Positions 27,226-46,769 of a stretch of DNA of 64,000 bases are shown piece after piece. The notes under the pieces were generated by a model. It saw only the letters and a list, made by a program, of their open reading frames with translations, was not told the origin of the DNA and did no database searches. Each line of letters opens with the position of its first letter. Position 1 is the stretch's first letter. This DNA comes from Piromyces finnis finn. Taxonomy: Eukaryota > Fungi > Neocallimastigomycota. The position numbers and the translations under genes were made by a program. The stretch covers positions 372,001-436,000 of the forward strand of contig MCFH01000034.1 in NCBI GenBank assembly GCA_002104945.1. The letters are read 5' to 3'.

Positions 27226-30200
27226 TTTATTATCTCACCCTACCTAAACACCCTATTAAATCCAATTTAAAAATGTGATGCAATAAGAAAATAAATAATT
27301 AAATGAAATTTTTTTGTATATCATACAAACTATTGTTGGTAAATCTTTTTTAAAAAGTTATAAAGATATAACTATATTAATATATATATTTTAAAAAATT
27401 TTAAAGCAGATAGGCAAATATAACAAAATTATTTTATTTTAAAATAATTTCTATTAATAAAATATAAGATATGACATGTATTTATTTACTTTTTATTTTC
27501 AATGTTGATAATTATATACAATAGTAATTTTTAATAAATCTTTGGCTTTCTTAAAAAAAAAAAAAAAGGGCTTATTACAATTATATTATTATATTGTCAT
27601 TTTTAACCTTTTTAATTTTTTTTTTTTTAATATTTTAAAATAAAACCATAATAAAATCAATAATTAACACTATATTTATACTATTTTAATTATAACCATT
27701 AATTGATATAAATATATGATTACATATTTTTTATTTTTTTTTTGGAAAAATATATAGTGGTATAGAAAGTGTATCTAATATAGAAATTTTATTTCAAAGA
27801 TATTTATAATATTAAAGTTTTAGTTTTAAATTTTACCAAAATTTTATTAATTTTTAATATTATGGATGGACAATTATACTAATAGAATAAACATTCATTG
27901 CCTTAAACCTCTATTATTTATTTAGATATTCTTATATTCCAAAGTAAAAAAAAAAGATAAGAATTTAAACCTTTTAATCATCCATTTTTATTTTTATTAT
28001 AATTTTAAATAATAATAAATAAAAAATTTTTTTCTTTTGACAATTTTCATTTATGTAAATGTCAAGAGGTCTTTTTTTTTTAAACTAACAAAAAGTTAAA
28101 ATTGTACTACCAAACTGTATTAAATAATAAAGTAATAATTAAAAGAGTGATGATAATCATTGGGTTACTTTAAAACTTCAAGTGAAAACTATAAGAAATA
28201 TTATTCAACATTATTTTTCTTTTAAAAATTCTAACTATTGATCTATTAACTAATAATAAAAAATTTACTTTTACTATCGAAAAATTACCAAGATGTGAAT
28301 GGAAAAATTTTTAAATATATGAGAATTTCATAATAAATAAAAAAGTTTTTTATTTATTTTTTTCTTTTGTATTATTGTGTATTAAGGTAATATCATATTT
28401 TATTATTTTTATTATGTTTTAATTTCGATATTCTATTTAACTAAAAATGGTATAATTATAAAATGTCAAAAAGTATCACAACATATTAATTTATTTATTG
28501 AATTATAAAAGTTAAAGATGGCTTTATTTTTATTATTGTGTTATCCTATTTTATTATGTAGTATTTAAAAGATTATATATATATATATATATATATTTTA
28601 AAATATAATTGTAATAACCTCATTATAAATTATAATTTTGTATCTTTGCTATTATACGTATCTATTTTTATTTTATAATTAATTTTAAAAAATCATTTGA
28701 TTATTTCAGAAATTAAATAATGCTTAACAATAAATGACAAATGACAAAGTTTATTTCTTTATATTAATTATAAATAGTTTTATCAAAATAATTCTATTTA
28801 TTTACTTTTTTTTTTAAATACAATAAGAAATGAAGTTTTAAAAAATTAATTAACAATAAATATAAATCGATATTCCTTAATACCAATATAATAATAATAA
28901 TAATAATAATAATAGTAATAATAATCTCAAAAAGTAGAATGTTTTATTTTTTTTTTTTTTTACTCATGCATATTTTTTAAAAATGTAAAACTATATTAAA
29001 TATTAAAAAAAATTTCTTTTTTTGTTGTTACTTTGAAATATTATTTTAATAAGTTATTTATTTGAAAATCTATTTTTTGTATATATTTATTAATTCATTC
29101 ATTATTCCCTCTTAATCATAGAGAATTAGAGATGTACATAGGAGTTCACTTTTACAAATGCTAAGGTAAAGTGTAAAAATTAAAACTTTTAATTTATTTT
29201 TTTTTTATATTAAAATTTAATTTTCTTTATATTAAATGAATAATTAATAAAAATTTAATCAAATAGATAATTTTATTAAAAAAAAAAAAAAAAAAAAAAA
29301 TTTTAATAATTAATTTAATTTACATTTTTTTAATTTTTTTTTTATTTTTTAAAAATTAATATTTTAATTATATTTTAATTATTTTTTTAATATTTTTATT
29401 TATTTTGTTTTTCTTTTAACATTGAAAAGTGAACTAGTAGTTAGTAGCATAATAACTTATATATAATAACAACGCATAACTTATTTACATTATTTTTATT
29501 TATTTCTTTTTTTTTATATTAATAAAGAAAGAAATTTTTTTATTTAAAAACATAAATATCATAATTAACATTTAATTTATACCTAAAGACATGTAAAAAA
29601 AAAAATTCTTTTTTTTGCTATTAACTACCCTATTGTAAAAATCATTTTTTTCTTAGAATAAATAAAAAGTAACCCAAATTATAAATAAAATGTAATAAGA
29701 AAAAACTAACCGTTTTTTTATTTATATTCTAAAATATATTTTATAATTTATAATTATTTGACTACTATCCGTTTATATAAATAATATATATTATTTCCAA
29801 TTAAATTCTCATTTCAATAATAACAATAAAAATTAAATTACGATAAAATAATAGTAATAATACTACTCAATAAATAAATAAATAAATAAATAAAAAAAGA
29901 ATAACAAAGAATACAGTATTTTACGTGAAAATTGTAAATATGAAAGCATTTTATTTGTATATTTATTATTATTATTATTTTTTTTTGTATATTACTCGTA
30001 AATTTGTAATATATTTTGGTAATAAGTAAATATTCACGAATATAAAATACGATGAAAGACAGGCGAAAGAAATTTTAAATACCACAACAATATTATTAAT
30101 ATTTTAGAGAAAAAAAAAACAATAATGAAGAAAGAAATTGTTTAAACATCATTGATATTATCAATATTTTAATTTATTAGTAAGAATCATAAATGTCTAT

Positions 30201-30691
30201 TACTTGTAAAAGAATATTTGTAAATAGTCAAAGTCACTAATTTTTAGTACCGTTGTACAAAAGAAATTGGAGGAATAATATAAAATTTCTTGATCATTAA
30301 CAACAGCATGAAGACATTATTAACGTTAATTAATAAGAATAATAATAAAAGTATTCAATTTTCTTAATAAAACGTTTTAATTAATTATTAAATTTTTCTA
30401 ACATTCCCCCCAAAAAGAAAATTAAAATAATTGAATTTCATTATCAACTAATTGTTATATTAATATTTAGTTTCAAAATAATGAATTCGACATTATAATA
30501 TACTAACTTAATAATATTACCTATATATACATATATATGTTTTAAAAATCAACTAGAAATTCATAAATATATAATTTAATAACAAATTACATTAAAATAT
30601 AATTAATAACATCAATATTAAATTAAAAAAAAAAAATAAAGAATTATATATAAAATCAAAAAATAAATAAATATCATTTTATTAGAAAAAA

Positions 30692-32497
30692 ATGCCAGTA
30701 AAAGATACAGAACATCGTAAAGAAATAAGTCAATTTGCTAAACAATTAGATTCTCAAAAACGTTTAAAGAATCAAGCAACATGTTCACTTTATTCTGGTG
30801 CAAGGTTTAAAGGACGTCAAAAAAGTGGAAGTAATAGTTATGAGGTTACTGTTGAAATTCAAGTAAGTTTCCAAACAATATAAATTTATATAAAATTTAA
30901 TAAAAACCAAAAAAATATTAATTTATAATTATCAAATATTTTTATTACTTTATAATTATACTGTTTTTCAATGTTAATATATACTTAATAATATGAAACG
31001 TTATTATAGCATGTTGATTTAGAAGATTCGTTCCTTTGTGGATATTTACATATAAAAGGATTAACAGAAGTAAAAAAAAAAAAACAAAAAAAAAAAAAAA
31101 AAAAATATATTTTTATTAAATCTATTTTTTAAAATATATTTAGTTTAAATAAACTCTTCAGAAATTTTATTCTAATATGTTTATATAAAAATTTTTATTA
31201 ATATATAAATATTCAATTAATATTTACAAAGGATTATCCTGAATTAACAACATTCTTTGATGCAGAGTAAATATCCATGTTATTAAAGTTAATAAATAAA
31301 AAGAAGTAATTATAGTAATAAAAAAAAGGTATTAATGAACTTTTCGTTTTATAATTAAATAGGATTATTGGTTCACAACATTCATTTTTAACGAGGAAAT
31401 GGGATGCTAAAGAAGCAATAGATAGGTAAAGCTTTTTTTTTTTACTATTTATATTTAAAAAAAAAAATTGTAGATCAATAATATTATAAATATTATTAAT
31501 AATATTATTTTTATTATATATACTAATTTTTCCTTTTTATTTCTACTATTATTAAATACTTTTTATATTTTAATAGAGCACATTGGGTATGCTTTATACA
31601 ATTATTTGTTTTTATTAAGAAATACAACAATTAATTAATTATTAATGTCTTAAAAAATATTAACATTATTATATAAAAATATAATAAATTGAAATATTAT
31701 GAAATGATAGATGAAATTCCCAGCATTCAAATCATATGAAAAAGTTTTCAACAATGTAAATATCATATATTCAAAACTCTCAGAAAAAAGAAATTTATAA
31801 GAAAAATTTATATTAATATACTATTTTTAAATTAATTTATAATTTATATATAATAAACAGGATGATTTTGTATATGATTTTACAAATAATGAATATATAT
31901 TTATGCGTTGGAAAGTAATATTTCTTTTTTTTTTTTTCATTTTTTTTTAAAAATATTATATTAAGGTATAAGCTATAATATTTAATAAAACGGTATATTA
32001 TCTTTTTTAAATATAATTATTAGGAACATTTTTTAGTACCTAACCATAGAATAAAAAATATAACTGGTGCATCGTTTGCTGGTTTTTATTATATATGCTA
32101 TGATCGTTGTACTGATACCATAATGGGTTTCTATTTCCATCAAGTAAATATTATATTTTTATTATAAATTTTTTTTATTAAAAGTAGAAATATCTTGATT
32201 GTAAGTGAGAATTGATAATTAAAGCAATATTTATATTTTTTAATTTTTATTGTTATAGAATTCAGAATGGTTCCAACATTTATCATTATCGCATGTACCT
32301 GATAATTCCTTCCCAGGTATATTATTAATTAATTAATTATAAAAATATTAACTATCTAAATTTTAATCTATAAATAATAAAATAATAAAAAATATTAACC
32401 TTTTTTTTTTTTTTTACCTATAAAATATATAAAATACATATTTTTTATACCTTTTATTTGTTTTTTCTTATTTAAATTAGATTATGAATTTAGATAA
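30692..32497 (+). CDS. GID4: GID4/VID24, Pro/N-degron recognition subunit of the GID/CTLH E3 ligase
   Basis: About 9 exons. Motifs: [104 protein letters not shown]; ends DYEFR*. Confidence 0.93.
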
Positions 32498-34259
32498 ACT
32501 AATAATACAGTAAAATTAAAAAACATTGATCAGAAAACACAATATAAAAATAAATCCACAAATATTCAAAATAAAATACAGTATACTAATGTAAATATGT
32601 CATTTAAAAATCAATTAAAAGGAAATAAAAACACATTAATAAGAAATTACAATAAAAAAAGGATAAAATATTAAATGGAAATGAAAAGAAAATAAAAAAT
32701 AGAAATATAATGAAAAAAAAAGGTATTATTTATAGGGAAATGATGTGAATGAATGAATTTCAATTATATAATTATTAAGGAAATCAATAATTATATACTA
32801 TATTATATAGATTAAATTTCATTATCAAGATTATTCTTTCCTATATAAATAAGAATGATTATTAATTCAATTAATTCATTATTTCTTTTTATTTTTTATT
32901 TTTATTTTTATTTTTTTTTTTTTTTTTTCATTTTTATTTTTCCATTAAGTACAAAATTCATTAAAAAAATTAAAACGTCATTGAAAACTAAAATTGTAAT
33001 TATAATAGATTAAAAGTATACTCTTTTTTTTATTTCATTACCATGTAAAAAAATAATCAACACCTCAATAAGAAAAAATTTTCAAACTTTATATCAATAC
33101 ATATTAATTCAATTAATATCAATATTTCTAAAAGGAATAACAAATTTTTATTTCTTTTTTCTTTTTTTTTTTTTTTTTTTTAAAAAAAAATACAAAAGAG
33201 AAAGAGAATGACAATAGAAATATAATCATATTATTATTATAATTTTTTTTTTTTCAAGAGTATTTATAATGCCAAATAATAATAATAATAATAAAAAAAA
33301 AAAGTCTACTGGATATATATAATATTATATATTTTTATGATTGATTTTTAAATAATTATTAATCATATAAACGTACAAATATATTCATTTAGAAAAAAAA
33401 AAGCATTATGTATTCTTTAGAAAAAAAAAACATTTATTTTAACATCAAAAAATATTAATTTAAAAATAAATTTATTTTTCATTTTTATTTTTTATACCCA
33501 TTATTTTAATAAACTTTTTTTCTGTTTATAAAATAAAAAATTAGCCATTATGATTTTATAAAAATAAAAGAAAAAAAAACAAATATTTTAATATATATAT
33601 ATTTTTTTATAATAATGATATATTAATGTATAATACAACTAACCTTCCTATGACTCTACAAATATTCTAATAAATAAAAAATATTAACTGAATTAAAGAT
33701 TTTATAAAAAAAAAAAAAAAAATTTAAAGTAATTATTCCAACGTCTATTAATAAAATACCAAACTATAATTGGAGGCATTTTTTTTAATTAAAAAAATTT
33801 TAAAGTTTTATTGTTAAAAAAAAAAAAAAAATAATTACTCATTAAAAAGGCATTTTGAATTATGGAAAAACGGTGAATTTACAAAGAATAAAAAATAATT
33901 TTTAATAATAGAAACAAGTTTGGTTGTGTTTATTAAAGAAAATTGGTATATAATCGTTTATTATGTTGTAAACTTAAAAAAAATATGAAAAGAAAAATAT
34001 TTACAATTTTATACTATTTTTATTTTATTATTAATAGTTTTTTTTTTTTTTTTTTGGTTTGAGTATATTACAAAGTAAAAAAAAAAAAAAAAGTATAAAA
34101 TAAAAATGAAATATTGATAACATATATTTTATTTTTTTTGATTTCTTTATCTCAAAAAAAAAAAAAGTATATATTATAATTATGTAATTGTTAAAAATAA
34201 CATTATTTATTTTACTATTGTATTTAATTGATGATTTAAAAAACATATAAAGATAAAAT

Positions 34260-41077
<6,818 letters not shown>

Positions 41078-42754
41078 CCTTTAAATATTTTAAATTGTTA
41101 CATTTTACATTCATCTTTTTCAAAAATAAATACCAAATATTTATTTATTAATTGAATTTTAATATATAGTATAGACTCTTAATTCATTATTGTTTTTTTT
41201 TTTTTTTTATTTTATTTTTATCTTTAAATTGGAAGAGTCATTTGTCATTAGTCAATACAACTGAATATAATTAAAGATATTTTTAAGAGAGACATTCTTA
41301 AAATTTAATACTTTACTTTTTATATATTAATATATCGTCTTTTTATTTTACTATTTATTTCTTGTTTATAATTTTAAAATGAAATTGAAATAATTGAAAA
41401 TGGAAAAATGTTTTAATTATTTTAAAAAAATTCAAAAAATAAAAATAAAAAATAAAAATTTTTTATATTTTTCTTTTTATTAAAAAAAATTACTTTTTTA
41501 ATTAAAAATAATTTTAAAAAATTGTGAAATAAATTTCTAAAATTTTTTTTTCTTTTTTTGAAATTATTCTTTAATTAAAAAAAATTAATTATTTTAAAAT
41601 AATATATATCAAATATATTGAAATTATATATTAAAATATATTCATTCAATTGATTTGAAATGTTTTCAAAAGTCAAAAAAAAAAAAAAAATTAAAAAAAA
41701 AAAAAAATCCACAAAAGTAAAAAAAAATTGGAATAAAATTTTATCTTCAATTTTCATCTATAAAAGAAAGGAAAAAAGACCATTTTTTTTAAAAAAAAAA
41801 AAAATTCTAAAGAAAAAAAATATCTATAATAATAATTATTATTAATATTATTATAAAAAAGTTATAAACAACATCATTATTAAACTTTAAATCTACTTTT
41901 TTATTTAAACAATAGTTTGGACATTGTTTTTGAATAATAAAAGTTATAATGGTATTTACGTATTTACTAAAAATAAGTATAGCTTACTAAAATATATATA
42001 TATATATATTTACATTTAGAGCGAAGCTTTTAAAAAGAATTAAACATGAAATATTAAATTTTTAACTATTTTTTATTCTTTTAAAGAATATCAATAAAAG
42101 ATTTATTTCTCTTACGAATAAAATAGTAAATCAATTGATAAAGAGAAAGTTGATAATATTTTATAATATTCTTTATAAATACAATAAACATTTTATATAT
42201 AAAAAGAAAGAAACGACCAATGTTGAAAAATAGTAGAAAAAAAAATTTTTTTTATACAAGTTTTAAAAAAGAATGAACATTTATGGTTACACAAATTTTT
42301 ATCTTTAAAAAAAAAAAGTTTTTAAATTGTTTAAAATTTTAAAATTATTATACGCATCGAAAAAGAAAAAAAAAAAATCAAAATTTAAAAGTCATTATAT
42401 TATTTTAATAATAATTAGAATAATTAGAAATTAAAAATTATGTTTATTTTTATTAATTGTAATAATTATTAGAGAATTTTATAACATTTCAAACATAAAT
42501 ATTATGTATAAAGTTAGCTTTTATTTGTATTCTTTAAAAACATTTTGAATTAACAAAATTTAAAGGAAATTTAAATTCTATTAAAAAAAAAATACTCATA
42601 GGAAAATATTAGTTTAACTTTTATCAGACCAATTTTTAAATGAATATTCATTTTCTTTTCTTTTTTAATCTTTGAAAATAATGGTAATGACATTAAAAAG
42701 TTTGTAACAAATATTTTTCATTAATGAATTTAAAAACTAATATTTTTATCATAG

Positions 42755-45700
42755 CTCTATAATAATCAAAGAGTCGACTATACTACTAACCGTATAGAAA
42801 ATAGATATTCAAATTTGATAGAAAAATATAAACAAAGGTATGAAGATCATAGTCGTAAAACTTTAAAGAAAAAAGATGATAATAAGGTAATAAAATATGA
42901 TGGATATTTCGTATTATCAAATGAAGTTCCAGAAGCTTCAAAAAATATTAATACCCGAAAAAATATGTTTAAAAAAGTCAATAGAAAAATAAAAAGAGAT
43001 GAAAATGAATTTTTGAACAAATATAATTTTGAAAGTATTAATGGTAAAAAAAATAAAAAAAAAATTAATTTATATATATAAATACAACATTATTAATTTC
43101 GATTTAATTTTTTTTTTCTAAATTTTTAAATATATATATATTATTACTTATTTATTAACAATTATATACTTTATTTTTTTTTTGGATAATGCTATTTATG
43201 AAACATAAATGAAATATATATACATGAAGAAAAGAAAGGAAATAATAAAATTAAATTAGTATTACCCTGTAAAAATGAAAAAGTAATTCCAAAAAAACCA
43301 AAATATTATCCATTAATGGAACCGCCAAATGTTTCAATTTGTAATCAAATTTATGTAACATCAAATCTTTTATCAAATAATAAAAATAGTTCGATGGAAG
43401 AGAATCAAAAAAAGTTAAAATCAAATAATAAATTATACCAAATCAATGGTTATAGTAAGAATAATATTATGATTTCATCAAATGAATCGGAATTAAATGA
43501 TGTTTTAGATGAAGAGGAATATCTAGAGAAAAAAAAGATTAATAATATTCTTTATATAGTAAAAAAACCAAACATTGGACTGATGTCAGAAAATAAGTTA
43601 TATAATGAAATCATTGATACTGAGGTTATTAATAATACACCATCCACAAAAGTGGATGAAAAAGGAAAAGAAAAAAAAAACAAGAAGAGTTCCGTAATTA
43701 TTGAAAGTGTGGAAGCTACGCTAAACCCTCATTCAAAAAAAGAAAATGAATGTGATGCTGATTTTTATTTGATTCCTTATGATTCTCTTAAAACAACAAT
43801 AAAATATTGCCAAACAATAAATAAAGATGTCAAAAAATTAACTACTAAAAACTATGTAGATAAAACAGCAACCATTTATAAAGATTATTATTTGGAAAAA
43901 CAACCAAAATCAACCTCTGAATTAAAGACTAATACTAGATATGATGATGATGACCTCGAATATATAAGATTAATGAAAAAGCATAAAATACCAATAAAAC
44001 ATATTAATTCATTGACAGCAACATTATTTTCTTCTGAATTTCCAAACAAGAATATTAATAAGGAACAACAAGAAAAACCAAAAAAAATAACCAATTTAGA
44101 AAAAAGTCATTTAAACCAAGCTTACTATTACAATTCAATCAGGGATAATACTATGGAATATTTAAATAAGGATTATGATATTAACCCTATCCCACTAGGA
44201 AATTCAAAATTCCATACCCTTTTACAAAAAAATGGTTTAGGTAACGAGCCTTTAATGATAAATGGTCATAATCCAAAAACAAAATCACTATCAGAGGTAG
44301 AAATCAATAAAAACAAAGAAAATGGACTATCTTATGAAGAAAAAAGATTGATTCCATATCATTCTTATTCTTCCTATTCTTCTCTATTATCGTCTTACCC
44401 ATCATTTACACTTGAAGTAACTATATATAAATTACAATATATACATATTAAAATATAATTAGCTATATTATATTATTATATTAGATATTTAAAAAAAAAT
44501 ATATATAAATATATATATATAAATAATATATAAATATTTTTTTTTCATAGCAAGAAATAAAGTATAGAAAAAGATTAAAGCAGCATCATGTTAAAAAAGC
44601 CATAGTCAAGAAGATACAAAAGAAAAAACTTGAAGGTGATATAAAACCATTTGAAATAGTACATTTCTCACTTTTTTCTTTACCAGATGACCCTTATATA
44701 ACAACAGAAACATTTGTTGTTGAATTAGAAAATAATTATGTAGAATTTTTATATGACGAACCCCCAAACCCTTTCAAATCATTACATATTCCATATATTA
44801 AAATACCGGAGAAGAAGAAAAAAAGAAATTTTTATAATGTACCCGATATAGATAAAGGTAAATTGACATATATAAAAATTTAATTCCTAAAATTAAAAAA
44901 AAAAAAAAAAAGGAATAAACATGAAAAAAAAATTATAGGCAATATAAATTATATGTATATTTATATTTATTAATTAATATAATTAATAATTATATTAATA
45001 ATTATGAATCTTTTATTTGTATATAGCCTATTTATTGGATATATACAACTTTGTTTGCCCACCTATAGAAATTGAAAAAGTTTATGAAGAATTTCCAGAA
45101 CCAAGTAAACGATATACCAAAATAATATAAAAAATATTATAATATTTATTTTTAAAATGAAAGAAAGAGAAAAAAAATAAAATAAAATTAACATTAAATA
45201 TTTAATCTATTATTAAATTAAAATAATAATAGGATATGCCAAGGTATTAATTTATTACAAAATATTTTTATTTATAGTATAAAACTTTATCAACATAAAA
45301 AAAAAAAAAAAAAAAAAAAGTAAAAATGATGATATATTAATATTAATATTGTAATAGAAAGTATTTATTAAAGGAAAGAGAAGAAGAAAAAGAAGAAAAA
45401 ATAATGTAAATTTTTTTTAATGACAATTATAATAATAATAATAATAATAATGAAATGAAATTCATTAATAAATTATTTATTAAATTATAAACAAATAGAG
45501 AAGTTTGTCAAAAAGTACTAAATCATTATCTACAAAACCAATTTCATTTAATGATAAAGTATTGTATATTATAAATATTTATTTATTTATTTATTTATTT
45601 ATTTTTTGTAGTAAATAATATTCATATAATATTCTTATTATTTATATATTGAAATTTAAAAAAATTTTTTTAAAATATATTATTTTTTTTTTTATAATTT

Positions 45701-46388
45701 TTTAAATGTTAGGTAAAAGTGAATGAAATTAAAAAAAGTACAGAGAATCAAAGTGAAAATTCAATATTAAAAACAAATACATCATCATCTGAAGTAAATA
45801 TATTATATGTTAATATGAATTACATCATTTAATATAGTTAAAAATAAATATTATAAAAAAAATACTTATTATTAATAATAATTATTATAGAAAAGTGATG
45901 TTAGTGAAGGTAGTAGTGAAGTAGAAGAAGAAGAAGAAGAAGAAAATGAAGATAAAAACTATGATGGTATTAAAGAAGAAATAGTACCAATAAAATATAT
46001 AATAAAATCAACGGATGATATAGAAAAATATGATAGTCGATCCAAATTGTCATCATCAACTTCTTATTATTCTTCCGGTAGTAATAAAGATTACTCTAAA
46101 AAAAATAGCTCAGCATCATTAAATTTTGTAAAAATCCCAACTGAAACGATATACACTTCAGATAACCTTTCAAAAAAATCATTACAACGTTTACCTACAG
46201 ATACTCATCTAACCTCATATAAAGTTCCCTTATCTCTATCTTTTAATAATTTATTAAAATATGATTTTCTGAGAAGAAAGAGAGATGAAATAAAAAGACT
46301 AGAATGTCTACGTAATAACACTACTATAGATAAAAATGAGAAAAACGAACGACTCAATATTTTAATTCATCATAATTCAAAACATTAA
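42755..46388 (+). CDS. Multi-exon uncharacterised low-complexity protein with basic (KGKRRRKRRK) and acidic tracts
   Basis: Phase-consistent exons near 42755-43042, 43260-44416, 44551-44857, 45026-45103, 45233-45243, 45358-45405, 45500-45558, 45714-45792 and 45891-46388. The start codon was not identified and no domain was recognised. Confidence 0.6.
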
Positions 46389-46769
46389 TTTATTTCACTT
46401 TTAATTTCTATTATTTACTAATTACATATTACTAGAGAAGAGGTTATTAAAAAATTAAGAAGGAAATTTTATAATTTATAATTATATATATTTATATATA
46501 TTATAATAATAATAAAAATTTTTATAAAAATTCATATTAGAGATTTGGAAATATTAACTATTAATATATTATTCTATTAATCCTATTAATATAATATATT
46601 CTATATTCTGTTCAGGAAGGATTTTAAAATTATTTAATAAAAAAAAAAAAAAAAATCAATTTTATGATGCATCTATATAACTAAAATGGTTATTATATAA
46701 AATGATTTGTGTATATTTTAAATGATAGTGACAAATTTTATAGTTTTAAAAAAGTTTTGATTTATCTAA

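Noticed and set aside
27240-27265. TAGGG-like motifs (ctcaccctacctaaacacccta) as a telomeric relic
   Set aside because: Too short and irregular; it lies just upstream of a start codon.
27300-30690. 3.4-kb gene-free region searched for tRNA, snoRNA or hidden exons
   Set aside because: Almost pure AT with homopolymers; no tRNA boxes, stems or splice-consistent ORF found.
41575-41845. Short F/K/I-rich ORFs here and at 5924, 6732, 10570, 19173, 34031, 51406, 55700, 58539 and 62603
   Set aside because: Translations of poly-A/T intergenic or intronic DNA with no coding-like composition.
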